Source: a virus
Taxonomy: Duplodnaviria > Caudoviricetes
Strand: one strand, 5' to 3'
Virus record (IMG/VR): IMGVR_UViG_2773858042_000003
Location: 1 to 64,000 of that record
Length of the DNA stretch: 64,000 nt
The translations under genes and the position numbers were made by a program. The notes beneath the pieces were generated by a model. The model saw only the letters and a program-made list of their open reading frames with translations. It was not told the DNA's origin and ran no database searches. Shown here piece by piece: positions 18,617 to 27,825 of the stretch; position 1 is the stretch's first letter, and each line of letters opens with the position of its first letter.

Positions 18617-19894
18617 TTAGGCTGCGACCTTCAGGGCACGCATGGGCTCTGGGTTATACACACCTCCGCCGACCCTTTTCGTCGTATAGAAATGGACAAA
18701 AGGTTTATTTGTGTAGGGGTCGCGCAGCACGCGGATGCCGACACGATCCACCACCAGATAGGTGGCTTCCATGTCGCCGTAGAGCGCAGCGACGGCGTTG
18801 GCGGCGACTGCCGGCATGTCCGGCACTTCGACGATGGTTTCGCCCGCCAACGTGGCGGGCTGACCCGCCGCGTACGAAGGCTGCCACAGGTAGTTGCCTT
18901 GGCCATCCTTCAGCTTCCGCATCGCGGCCTGAGAGCCGCGGTTGGTGTAGAGCTTCGCGTTGGCGCGGAACTCCGTCGGGATGCTGTAGAACAGGTCGAT
19001 GAAGCCGTCCGACGTCAGGGCAGCAGCAGCGCCGCTGTTGACGGTTTGGATCGCGCCCCAGGGGTGGCGGGCCGCATTCGCGGCGCCGGTCACATAGGTC
19101 AGGATGCCGTGCGGCTTATTCGTGCCGTCGCCCGAAAGGAAGGCGATGCCTTCTTGGCGCGCGAACTCAGTCTGAACCTCATCGGCCAGCCAAGCCTCCA
19201 GATCGATTGCGGCGTCGTCCAGCAGCTGCTGCGAAATCGCCGGATTCGCGTAGATCTCGCCCAGAGGGAAATCCAGCGAGGCGATCTGCGGCGTGCTGGT
19301 GGCCGGCCGCGAGGCCGTCTCACCGACCCAGCCGCTGCCGACCGCCCGATCGGTGAACAGCTTCTTGAAGCCGTTTGTAGTGATCGAGATGACGCGGGCG
19401 TTCGCGCGGATGGGCGAGACCTGCTTCAGCTTGCCGGTGATCGTGCGGTCCCATTCAACCGGAGCCAAATAGCCGCCGTCAGCGTCGGTACCCTTGGTCA
19501 TGGCGGCTTGGATCTCGGCGCCGGCGTTGTCGCCCTTACGCATGTGAGCCTTGAAGGCGCTCACATATTCGGGATCACCCTTCAGGTCGCCGATGATGTT
19601 GTCGCCGCCAGCGCCTGCGGCGATCTTGGCGTTCAGATCGTCGATAGTCGCCTGGAAGCCGTCGATCGCAGCGTCGAGCCGCTGGACCTTCTCGTCCAGA
19701 ACGACATCGGCCTTTGCCTTCAGCTTCTCGTCGTTCGTCTTCTTGAACTCTTCGAAGGCGGCCTGGAGTTGGCCAATCATGGCCTTGGGGTCCGACACAT
19801 CGGCACGGACGGTGCCGATGACGGATTGCGGACGGGTGGCGGCCGACAGCGCGCACAGCGCCGCCGAGCCCGCCAGGAGACGGGTCGTTTTCAT
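18617..19894 (-). CDS. HK97-fold major capsid protein
   Basis: DGGYLAP.E, WVGET..RP.T, F.TTKRVGGGV motifs. Confidence 0.95.
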   Translation of the reverse strand: MKTTRLLAGSAALCALSAATRPQSVIGTVRADVSDPKAMIGQLQAAFEEFKKTNDEKLKAKADVVLDEKVQRLDAAIDGFQATIDDLNAKIAAGAGGDNIIGDLKGDPEYVSAFKAHMRKGDNAGAEIQAAMTKGTDADGGYLAPVEWDRTITGKLKQVSPIRANARVISITTNGFKKLFTDRAVGSGWVGETASRPATSTPQIASLDFPLGEIYANPAISQQLLDDAAIDLEAWLADEVQTEFARQEGIAFLSGDGTNKPHGILTYVTGAANAARHPWGAIQTVNSGAAAALTSDGFIDLFYSIPTEFRANAKLYTNRGSQAAMRKLKDGQGNYLWQPSYAAGQPATLAGETIVEVPDMPAVAANAVAALYGDMEATYLVVDRVGIRVLRDPYTNKPFVHFYTTKRVGGGVYNPEPMRALKVAA

Positions 19895-19914
19895 TTTCAG
19901 GTTCCTTGACGCGC

Positions 19915-21099
19915 CTAGGCGCTGATGGATTTGAGAAGTCCGGCAAGCAGGCCGGGCAGTTCAGGGTCACCAGCGCCGGGCGTGGTGTCGGCATCATCAG
20001 CAGCGCCAGGCGTGCCTTTGATCTTGTTGATGCGGTCGCGCGCCTGAGTGCGCGTCAGTCCCGCAGAAACCAGTTGCAGCTCCATCGCGCGAAGCTCGTT
20101 GATCTGTCGGTCGGAAGCCTTGGCCTTCTCGTCCGTGGTGAGCGTGTCGGCGGACAGCAGGGCGTCGGCGAAACCGCGCTCGATCGCCTGCGAGCCGGAC
20201 ATGAAGGTCTCGGCGTCCATCCACTTTGCGATGTCTTCGGCCTTCTGGCCGGACCGGGCGGCGTAGACGTCGACCATGGCGCCGTCGAACGGCTCCAGGA
20301 AGTCGGCGGTCTCGCGCATGTCGTGACGATTACCCATCGCCAGAACCCAGCAGTTATGGATCATCAGGAAGGACGCGGCGCCGATCTCGACCGTGTCGCC
20401 GGCCATGGCGATGATCGAGGCGGCCGATGCAGCCATGCCCATGACCTTGATGGTGACGGCATGCGGATGCTCCCGCAGGACGTTGTAGATCGCGATGCCC
20501 TCAAACATGTCGCCGCCGGGCGAGTTGATCTGTACCTCGACCGGGCCGCTGATCGCGCGAAGCTGGGCCGCGACCTTCTTGGCCGTGATCCCGCCGCCGG
20601 ACCAGAAGTCTTCCCCGACTACGTCAAACATCGTGATGACGTTGTCGCCGCGCTCCAGCGCACGGATGCCGGCGGCGTCATCCGACCATTTGTCGAAGAC
20701 CTGGGGCTTGGTGAAGGCGGCCACGTCGCGCCGCGCAGGCAAAGGCATTGCACCGGGCCGAGACCCAGATTTCATCTTCATGCCGTCGTGTTTCTTTTTC
20801 TTCTTCTTCGCCTCTAGGTCATCCATGCCGGGCATATCTGGCATAGCATCGTCGTCGCTGGCAGCCCCGGCCAACTCCAACTCGTCGGTCGTGTACCATT
20901 TGTGAATGCCCATCGACTCCATGCCGTCGATGAGCACACCGTAGGGCGTCTCTCCGCTAATCGTCTGGATCGTCCCGACAGAATGCTCAGCGTCGTGCGG
21001 GTTCAGGATGTTGACCCGATCCCCGATCTGGAACGTCTTCCACGTTCCATCGGCACGAGGGCGAGCCATGGCGAAGACCTTCAGCTTACGTTGGCGCAT
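19915..21099 (-). CDS. ClpP/S49-type prohead protease with a 99-aa N-terminal insertion
   Basis: INSPGGD.FEG.AIYN, G.AASAAS.IAMAGD, LMIHN, ETFM motifs. Start MRQRK overlaps the portal stop. Confidence 0.9.
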   Translation of the reverse strand: MRQRKLKVFAMARPRADGTWKTFQIGDRVNILNPHDAEHSVGTIQTISGETPYGVLIDGMESMGIHKWYTTDELELAGAASDDDAMPDMPGMDDLEAKKKKKKHDGMKMKSGSRPGAMPLPARRDVAAFTKPQVFDKWSDDAAGIRALERGDNVITMFDVVGEDFWSGGGITAKKVAAQLRAISGPVEVQINSPGGDMFEGIAIYNVLREHPHAVTIKVMGMAASAASIIAMAGDTVEIGAASFLMIHNCWVLAMGNRHDMRETADFLEPFDGAMVDVYAARSGQKAEDIAKWMDAETFMSGSQAIERGFADALLSADTLTTDEKAKASDRQINELRAMELQLVSAGLTRTQARDRINKIKGTPGAADDADTTPGAGDPELPGLLAGLLKSISA

Positions 21100-22363
21100 C
21101 TTCGCCTCCGTTGTCTGGTGCGGGCGGTTGGCCCTGTGAACCTTTGCTGACCTCATCGCCGCCATCGACTGGCGGTCGATCGTCCAGCGCGCGGACTTCG
21201 TTCTGGGACAGCCAGCCCGGCGCGCCGCCTGAGCCGAGCGCCTTCGAGAAGAAGTCGCCCTGATCTTTAGTCGAGCCGCGCAGAAGTGCGCCCGGGTTAA
21301 ACTTTACGGCCAGCCGGCCTTTCTCGTCGCTCGCAAGGAGGGACCGCTCGGCTGCCTGCTGCCAGGCCTCAAACCACGGGTTCAGGGCGTATTGAACGAA
21401 GAATTGGCCCAGCGCCTGGATGCCAGATCCCCAGCTGGTCTCATCCACCATGAGAAGCGGGCGCGGAACGCCGGTAACGCGGGCGATTTCCTCGACCTGC
21501 ATCTTCCGCAGTTCGGTGAGCTGGGCGTCCTTGGCGTTGTTCGCCAGGTTCTCCCACTTCATCCCCTCTTCGAGGATGAGGTTCTTGCCGGCGTTCGAGG
21601 CACCCTCTTTCTCAGCCAAGCTAGCCCGAAGCCGCTCGAAGGCAGGGTCCGAGAGCTTTCCCGGATGGGTGAGGGCGCCGCCGATGAACGACCCGTTCTT
21701 GAAAAGGCGCCCGGCCGCCATCTCGGCGCTCAGGGCCAAGCCAATCGCGTCGCGGGCTTGCTTGACCAACGACATGCCTGAGATGCCGTCCAGCGAGAGA
21801 CCACGAAGGTGGAAAACTTCGTCGGGCCGCAGCATGCGTTGCGCGCCCTTCGGCGGCTGATAGCGATAGCTGACGCTCCAGTCGTCATTCTGGACCGGCT
21901 GAACGTAGTCGGGGTTCAGCGGGACCAACCGCACGATCTCGTCGCGACCTGTTCTGATCTGCCGTGACCGTATGATGAGGGCGTAGGCATTGCCCTTCAC
22001 CAGGGCGCGAAGCTGCATCAGCGAACGGAAGTCAAAGGCCGTCTGCCAGTTATTCGGCTCGCGGTGCAGGATTCGGGAAAGCGGATGGTCCGCCTTTTCC
22101 TTGGTTTCATCGTCGATGACGTGCAGCGGCAGCATGCCGATTGCGTACGATATCAGGCTGACCGCCCTAAACATGGCTGGATTGCGCAGCGCAGTTTCGG
22201 TGTTGACCGTGGCGCCCGATGCCGCCTCCAGCCCATCGCGCAAAAACTCCCGGACCAAAGGATCGTCCAGCGAGTAGAACACGGCGCCGTCGCCCACATC
22301 CGCACGCGGTGCAGATCCGGCAGCTTGCTTGACGCCGAAGGGCCAGAGACGGGTCAGATCCAT
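21086..22363 (-). CDS. Portal protein (HK97 family)
   Basis: L..EPN.WQT.F.F, EVFHLRG.SLDG..G.S, LEEGM.W, EEIAR..GVP motifs. Confidence 0.95.
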   Translation of the reverse strand: MDLTRLWPFGVKQAAGSAPRADVGDGAVFYSLDDPLVREFLRDGLEAASGATVNTETALRNPAMFRAVSLISYAIGMLPLHVIDDETKEKADHPLSRILHREPNNWQTAFDFRSLMQLRALVKGNAYALIIRSRQIRTGRDEIVRLVPLNPDYVQPVQNDDWSVSYRYQPPKGAQRMLRPDEVFHLRGLSLDGISGMSLVKQARDAIGLALSAEMAAGRLFKNGSFIGGALTHPGKLSDPAFERLRASLAEKEGASNAGKNLILEEGMKWENLANNAKDAQLTELRKMQVEEIARVTGVPRPLLMVDETSWGSGIQALGQFFVQYALNPWFEAWQQAAERSLLASDEKGRLAVKFNPGALLRGSTKDQGDFFSKALGSGGAPGWLSQNEVRALDDRPPVDGGDEVSKGSQGQPPAPDNGGEDAPT

Positions 22364-22373
22364 TCCGCCTCCT

Positions 22374-23891
22374 TCACACCATCAGCAGGCCGCGCCCCTC
22401 GTAAACCGAAGGGCCGTCTTGCTCGTCGGGCCCCATAGCCACGCCGACCGCCATCGCCAGACTGACCATGCCGTCGATGCGGCCGGTCGATTTGGACTTG
22501 TCCATCTTCCGATTGCCCGCCGCGTCCTGAACGATGATCGCGTTCGCCGCGCACATGGTCAGGACAGGGTGACCGCCGTGGCGGAATCGGTGATGCAGAA
22601 ACTCGATTTCGGCCCGGTCGATCGCCGGCGCCATGCTGACGAAACCCTGGCCGAACTCTTCGAACGGCAGTGTGACGTCCAGCCGGTCCAATTCGGCTTG
22701 CAGCGTCTTCATCCGGTGCCGGTCGAAGCCGATCTTTCGGACGTCCATGCCCTCAGTGATCTCGGCGATGTCCTTCGCCACGAAGTCGTATTCGACGGCT
22801 GGTCCAGGCGTGGCCTTCATGAAGCCGTCGCGGACCCAGGCATCATACGGTGTCCGGTCCTTCTTCGACCGCTCGACCAATGTCGCTTCAGGCGTCCAAA
22901 AGACCGGCAGGACGTGCCAGACGCCGGCTTGCTGAGCGATCAGCACCAGAGCTGTCAGGTCAGTGGTCAGCGACAAGTCCAAGCCGCCATAGACCGGGTT
23001 GCGCCGGAAGACCTCCAGATCAACCGGGCCGGCGCACGCCTTCCAGATCGACGGGCTGACGAACGGCGTGTGTCGTGTGACCCGCTGGTTCAGATACAGG
23101 TTGCGGAAGCTGTTTTCGACCGAAGGCATCCGCGCCGCCTCGGCCGCCTTGTTCTGGATCTCGGTCAGAGAGCGGAATGTCCCAAGCGCAGGGTTCGCAG
23201 CGCGCCAGGCCTCTGGGTCTGTCAGCTCAGCTTCTTCATCCGCCGCATAAACGTGGCAGACGACTGTCGGGTCACCGGATCGCTTCGCATCGTCGATCCT
23301 GATCGACAACATGTCCGCATCGTTCGGCGCCTGGGTCGAGATGACCAGCTGAAGCGCATCGTCATAGGCGCCCTGCGCCGTTTCGATGGCCTCAATGAAC
23401 GCGTCGAACTCGCCGCGCACCTGGCCCATCTCATCGTGAATCGCCAGGACGGGCGACAGACCGTGCGCGGTGCCGGCCTCGGCGGCGAGCGCCTGATACT
23501 CCGTGTTCATGGTGAGGCCGTGCAGGGTTTTCCCCGATGGCACGATCCGAATGATGGGCCGCAGCTTGTCCGACAGCTGCACCATCTTGGCGGCGAGGTT
23601 GAAGACGACGGCCGCCTGCTTTCGGCTTCGCGCGCCCGAGACGATCTGGCTGTTCAGCCGGGCCTCCGGGCCCACCAGGTGCGCCAGCATGATCCCGGCG
23701 ATCAGCGCCGACTTTCCATTCTTCCGAGCGATCGACAGGATGCCTAGGCGGGTGCCGGCCGGGTTATCATAGACCTCGCGGATGAACTTCTTCTGGAAGT
23801 CGTCCAGCAGCATAGGCTTGCCGACCAACTTGCCTTCCGGTGTCGGACACATCCGCTCGATGAAGGCGATGACCCTCTCGCCGCGCGTCAC
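22374..23891 (-). CDS. terL: Terminase large subunit
   Basis: Walker A IARKNGKS, AIHDEMG (Walker B), nuclease GGLDLS..TDLTA, RIDG. Confidence 0.96.
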   Translation of the reverse strand: MTRGERVIAFIERMCPTPEGKLVGKPMLLDDFQKKFIREVYDNPAGTRLGILSIARKNGKSALIAGIMLAHLVGPEARLNSQIVSGARSRKQAAVVFNLAAKMVQLSDKLRPIIRIVPSGKTLHGLTMNTEYQALAAEAGTAHGLSPVLAIHDEMGQVRGEFDAFIEAIETAQGAYDDALQLVISTQAPNDADMLSIRIDDAKRSGDPTVVCHVYAADEEAELTDPEAWRAANPALGTFRSLTEIQNKAAEAARMPSVENSFRNLYLNQRVTRHTPFVSPSIWKACAGPVDLEVFRRNPVYGGLDLSLTTDLTALVLIAQQAGVWHVLPVFWTPEATLVERSKKDRTPYDAWVRDGFMKATPGPAVEYDFVAKDIAEITEGMDVRKIGFDRHRMKTLQAELDRLDVTLPFEEFGQGFVSMAPAIDRAEIEFLHHRFRHGGHPVLTMCAANAIIVQDAAGNRKMDKSKSTGRIDGMVSLAMAVGVAMGPDEQDGPSVYEGRGLLMV

Positions 23892-24367
23892 TGAAAGACC
23901 GCGGGCCTCGCCAGCAGATCTTCATCCTCCAGCGGATTGGCGGCCTCGATCGCCTTCGCGGCCTTGCGGCGCCCGGCCACATCGCGAGCCTCGCCGGCCG
24001 CGCGGCCGTGGATGTTCAGCGACTGCCGCGCCGCCTTGATTTGGACGTGCAGCCCGTGAACAACCGAGACGCGCGGGTTCGCGTAGGCGGTGCCTTTGTC
24101 GTTTCGGAGCACTTCACCCTCGGTGCGCAGCGTCCTCCGGTTAGTCACCAGCTGGGCCATCGCGTTGGCGAGGTCCGAGGCGCACGAGAGATCATGACCC
24201 GTCCACTCGGCCTTTGCACGGGCCTCTACGATGTCGTCCCAGAAGGGCAGCGCGTCGTCGTCGAGCGGAGAATGCGCCGGGGGTTCAATCACCCTGGCGG
24301 CTTTGATCATGACCGCCACAGCCTCAGCGGCGCTGTCTATGCGGGCCTTACGAGGCTTGCGAGTCAT
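23888..24367 (-). CDS. terS: Terminase small subunit (P27-like)
   Basis: Directly upstream of terL; EG.V..N.KG...ANP motif. Confidence 0.85.
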   Translation of the reverse strand: MTRKPRKARIDSAAEAVAVMIKAARVIEPPAHSPLDDDALPFWDDIVEARAKAEWTGHDLSCASDLANAMAQLVTNRRTLRTEGEVLRNDKGTAYANPRVSVVHGLHVQIKAARQSLNIHGRAAGEARDVAGRRKAAKAIEAANPLEDEDLLARPAVFQ

Positions 24368-24394
24368 GCCGCCTCCACGCGCGCGAGAAAACTG

Positions 24395-24475
24395 GATTAG
24401 CGTTCGTTTTGTGGGACCACGCCGGTCTTGAAGGCGATGGCCCTAGACTTTTGACCACCCCCCGCCCGATGGTGG
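24395..24475. other. Probable cos/packaging region
   Basis: Between HNH and terS; minus strand reads GGGGGGTGGTCAAAAGTCT, as typical at this position in HK97-like phages (from recall). Confidence 0.45.
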
Positions 24476-24492
24476 CGGCTGGGGAGGGCTCC

Positions 24493-24738
24493 ATGCTCAG
24501 AACGATCGCCATTACCTCGACCATCCTTCTTGTCGGATGCGAGGCTCGGCCTAACGAGACCGTCTATCTCTACCGAAGCTCAATCGCCGGCTCACCGAGT
24601 GATCGCATCCATGTCGCGTCGTTCGATGCCAAGGATGGGCGGGCCTACAACGAAGAGAACTGCATGATCGTGCGCGGTCTGATGGAGCATCAGCCCGGCG
24701 TCGCGGTTGGCTATTGGTGCACCGACGACGCGCCCTAG
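24493..24738 (+). CDS. Small antisense lipoprotein (moron)
   Basis: MLRTIAITSTILLVGC lipobox, GGAGGG RBS, opposite strand to the late operon. Confidence 0.65.
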   Translation: MLRTIAITSTILLVGCEARPNETVYLYRSSIAGSPSDRIHVASFDAKDGRAYNEENCMIVRGLMEHQPGVAVGYWCTDDAP

Positions 24739-25070
24739 CGGTTCCAGTGATGGTTCGGGTCGAGCGGCATGCCGGCGTCATCGCATCCGATGATGTGGCC
24801 GCGCTTCTCCTGTTTCTGGATCACGCTGTCGTGGCATGGGGCGCACTCAGATGTGAAAGGCCCTGCGAAGAAGCCTTCTTCAGTCGCCTTGCTGTCCCTG
24901 TCGGCGTGATTGCAGACGGTCGCGGCTGTTATGCGACCCTGGCTTAGGCAGGTCTCGCATAAGGGCTGTCTGGATAACTGTTCTGCGCGGGTGCGCCTCC
25001 ATCGCGCGGTCCGGTAAAGGCGGCGATAGGCAGCAGCCTCTGCGCTGCGGCGATCAGGACGGCGGGACAT
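24735..25070 (-). CDS. Packaging HNH endonuclease (HK97 gp74-like)
   Basis: LY.T.RW, PLCETC, C..CHDS, GCD..G.PLDP.HHW. Confidence 0.85.
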   Translation of the reverse strand: MSRRPDRRSAEAAAYRRLYRTARWRRTRAEQLSRQPLCETCLSQGRITAATVCNHADRDSKATEEGFFAGPFTSECAPCHDSVIQKQEKRGHIIGCDDAGMPLDPNHHWNR

Positions 25071-25119
25071 TGGCTCGCCTCCGTATGACTATTCGGGAAT
25101 GACCGCCATACCGGCGGGT

Positions 25120-25587
25120 TTAGGGCGCGATGCCCTCGACGACCTCTCGGACGGCTGCACACGCGTCACGCCAATCAACGCTGAACCACTCGCCGCTCAA
25201 TCGCTGTTCGGCCAGCCGATCGTGGCAGGCCTTCTCCGCCGCAAGCGCCATCCCTGCCGGCACATCCAGAAACAGATACACCTTCAGCTTCTCGGGACAC
25301 CCCGTTTGCAGCGTCTGCAACCGGCTATTGGCGCACTTAGCGATGCCGATCTTAACCGGGTGGCCCGGAGCGCCGATCACATACACGCCCTGACGGGCTT
25401 CGGCGCGGGCGACGGCGGCTCGCTCTCGTGCCGCTTCCCGGTCCACAGCCTTCCGTGCCCGGCGACGCCGGGTCTTGATCTTGGCGAGTCTCGCCTGCTT
25501 GCTCGCAAAACGAGGATCGCGGCCAGCCTCTTTCAGCAAGAGGTCAGCCGCAGCTGCCAGTACTTGTCGATCCTTGGCCTGCGTCAT
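25120..25587 (-). CDS. GIY-YIG (T5orf172-like) domain protein
   Basis: VYVIG....VKIGIA....RL..LQTGCP..L, E...H..L...RL.GEWF. Confidence 0.8.
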   Translation of the reverse strand: MTQAKDRQVLAAAADLLLKEAGRDPRFASKQARLAKIKTRRRRARKAVDREAARERAAVARAEARQGVYVIGAPGHPVKIGIAKCANSRLQTLQTGCPEKLKVYLFLDVPAGMALAAEKACHDRLAEQRLSGEWFSVDWRDACAAVREVVEGIAP

Positions 25588-25796
25588 GCTGGCTCCCACC
25601 TGGTCACCGCTCCGCATTCGGCCCCGTCTTGTCCGGTTCTACACCGGGTCCGGGGAGTGACGCGCTCACCAAGGACGCATCCAAGGTGACCTATTAGAGC
25701 GGCTTCAGCCTCAACGCATAGTGTATGTGGCCACGCTGAAAGCGTGACATTGAACCTCTTGTGTCATGGTTCGCGGAATGACGCAACACCTAGTGG

Positions 25797-26297
25797 TCAA
25801 GCCGCTCTATCCAAGTCCTCCTCATCCTCCTCGCCGTCGAGGGCGCCAGACAACACCAGGTCCATACGTCCCTGATGGTCGGTCTTGAGAAGCTTCTCCA
25901 GCGCAGTCAGGCCGAAGCCTACGGATCTGTTCATCGAACCCACGAGGGGCTTTGGTGGAAGGTAGCGATGCGACGATGTCTGGTCGAACTCGCCGGCACA
26001 TTGGCGGGCCATAAGCTGATAGACGATAGCCGCAAGGCGCTCCTGGCTTAGGCGCGTCTCCACGATCTTGGTCAGGCCGTCGATGCTGTAGAGCTGGTCG
26101 TAGTCGTTCCAAGGTCCGAGCCCCACAAACAGGTATCCGGGGAACAAGGGGCGCTCGACCTCTTCGGCCGGCCCCTTCTTCACCTGCCGCCTGATCCGCT
26201 CCATCGGACAGTAGACCGTGAAGCGTTCCTCTCTGAGGGTGATGGCCGCGCGACGGCCGCCTTGGGTGACTTGGGCGATGTGCCAGATCATAGTCAT
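25797..26297 (-). CDS. NusG-family transcription factor, putative late antiterminator
   Basis: NGN domain W.I, F.VYCP, PLFPGYLFV; sits at the lambda-Q position. Confidence 0.8.
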   Translation of the reverse strand: MTMIWHIAQVTQGGRRAAITLREERFTVYCPMERIRRQVKKGPAEEVERPLFPGYLFVGLGPWNDYDQLYSIDGLTKIVETRLSQERLAAIVYQLMARQCAGEFDQTSSHRYLPPKPLVGSMNRSVGFGLTALEKLLKTDHQGRMDLVLSGALDGEEDEEDLDRAA

Positions 26298-26974
26298 GCG
26301 GCTTGGTCCTGATGCAGGGGTTTCGGTTTGATCGTGCCTTGGCGCTCCAGAAGGGCGCGCGCCTCGGCGCTCATGCCGGTCTCATCGACGCGGGCGCACG
26401 GCGCTGGGCGAACCTTGCGCTTCCGGGTGCGCTCCAGAACGTCTTTGCCCTCCATGCGTTTGGCGAAGTCCGCCATGAGGGCCTGAACCTTCTCGGCCGG
26501 CAGTCGATCGGCGTCCGACAGCCGCTGTTCCGGCTGATAGTCCGCCGCCTGCTTGGCGCGATAGGCCGCCTGACGCAGCACCTCGACGTGGGGGCGGGCC
26601 AAGTCGCGGATCTCGGCGGGCTTGGGGAAGAACCGTCCCGTGCGCTGATACTCGCTGACGGCGCGGTCGAGGGCGATCCGGGGCAGATCGCCGAGGGCGT
26701 CGGTATAGACCCGCCAGAACGCCGGGCTCTCAGCCTCCGCACCCTTGCCGAACACAATCACCAGCGGAGCCAGTGCGCCGATCACGACTTGGGCGCCGGA
26801 CGGTTCGCAGAGGATTTCAAGCTGCCGCTGGCAGGAAGTGGCCTCCGCCTTCAGGGCTGGGACCTGGGCGATTTCGAGAAGGTTCTCCTTCGGGCCGGTC
26901 GCAAGCAGCCGCCATAGCTCGGGCGACGGCTGAAAGGTGGTCGTGTTGGGCGGCGTGACGGTCAGGGCGGACAT
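26294..26974 (-). CDS. Replication-associated protein (helicase-loader-inhibitor-like, downstream of initiator)
   Basis: W..Y..AL.DLP..AL..AV..Y...G.FFPKPAEIR motif. Confidence 0.55.
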   Translation of the reverse strand: MSALTVTPPNTTTFQPSPELWRLLATGPKENLLEIAQVPALKAEATSCQRQLEILCEPSGAQVVIGALAPLVIVFGKGAEAESPAFWRVYTDALGDLPRIALDRAVSEYQRTGRFFPKPAEIRDLARPHVEVLRQAAYRAKQAADYQPEQRLSDADRLPAEKVQALMADFAKRMEGKDVLERTRKRKVRPAPCARVDETGMSAEARALLERQGTIKPKPLHQDQAA

Positions 26975-27523
26975 TTCGGGCCTCGGCGCGGCGGGGTTGA
27001 GGGGCTTCGTCGTCCCAGCTTCCGGCGTTCAGCCAGGTCGCTGGGTGGGGTATGAACTGCGGATCGTCCCAGCCGGGCAGGGCGCGTTCGATGCCGGCCA
27101 GGATCACCGCCAGCGGGTCAGGGTCGTCAATCCGAGCCATGGCCTTCGCGAACGCCTTGGCGGCGGCGTCCTTGGCCTTCCGCTTGGGGTAGGTGTCCCA
27201 GAAAACCAGGAACCCCTTGGCCACATCGACCTTGGCGGCGGGCTTCTCGCGCGCGGGGTATATATCTCCCCGTGGATGGGTGGGTGATTGGGGGTCTGGG
27301 GGGAAAGAGGGAGGGAAGGAGCAGCGTCAGAAGCGTCAGGTCTGACGTTTTCTGACGCCTTCTGACGCTTTCTTTCCTCGTATCGGGACTGCCGGATCGC
27401 CCCCTTCGAGCGGATCGGGGCGGCCTCAGCCAAAACGGCCTCATGCTCACGCGCAGCAATCATCGCAACGTCCAGGGCAAGCCCTGCGTCGAGAAGGCGC
27501 TGGAGGTAATCGATAGCGCTCAC
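26817..27523 (-). pseudogene. Replication initiator split by a -1 frameshift near 27290-27303
   Basis: N-half 27104..27523; C-half has F..FW..YPKRKAK and FIPHPATWLN..W.DE. Adding one C gives PQTPQSPTHPRGDIYPAREK. Confidence 0.7.
27324..27368. repeat. Iteron-like repeats, putative replication origin
   Basis: TCTGACG at 27341, 27351, 27361 (10-bp period) plus inverted GCGTCAG at 27324 and 27333, inside the initiator gene. Confidence 0.65.
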
Positions 27524-27825
27524 GTCTTCCTGGCCTCGCGCCAGACCCGATATTCTGAACCGGTCAGGTTCCGCTTCTGGCTATTGCAGGCCATGCAACA
27601 GGCAACGAGGTTCGACTCGCTATCGTCTCCTCCGCGCGACGTGGGAATATCGTGGTCGATGGAGCGAAGGGGATCGGAGTAGATGCAGCCGATATCAACG
27701 AGGGACCGATCACAGTAGACGCATTTGTCGCCAGATCGGGCGTAAACACGATCCCGAAGCTGACCCGCACGTCTACTGTTTTCACGATATGAGAAAGGCC
27801 GATTTTCCATCAGGGCAATACTCAT
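27520..27825 (-). CDS. HNH endonuclease
   Basis: C.YC, IDH.IP.SRGG.D...NLV.CC..CN..K. Confidence 0.85.
   Translation of the reverse strand: MSIALMENRPFSYRENSRRAGQLRDRVYARSGDKCVYCDRSLVDIGCIYSDPLRSIDHDIPTSRGGDDSESNLVACCMACNSQKRNLTGSEYRVWREARKT

Noticed and set aside
20761-21057. Protease insert as an intein or intron
   Set aside because: No N-terminal Cys/Ser or terminal His-Asn splice motifs, no stop codons, no group I/II signature.
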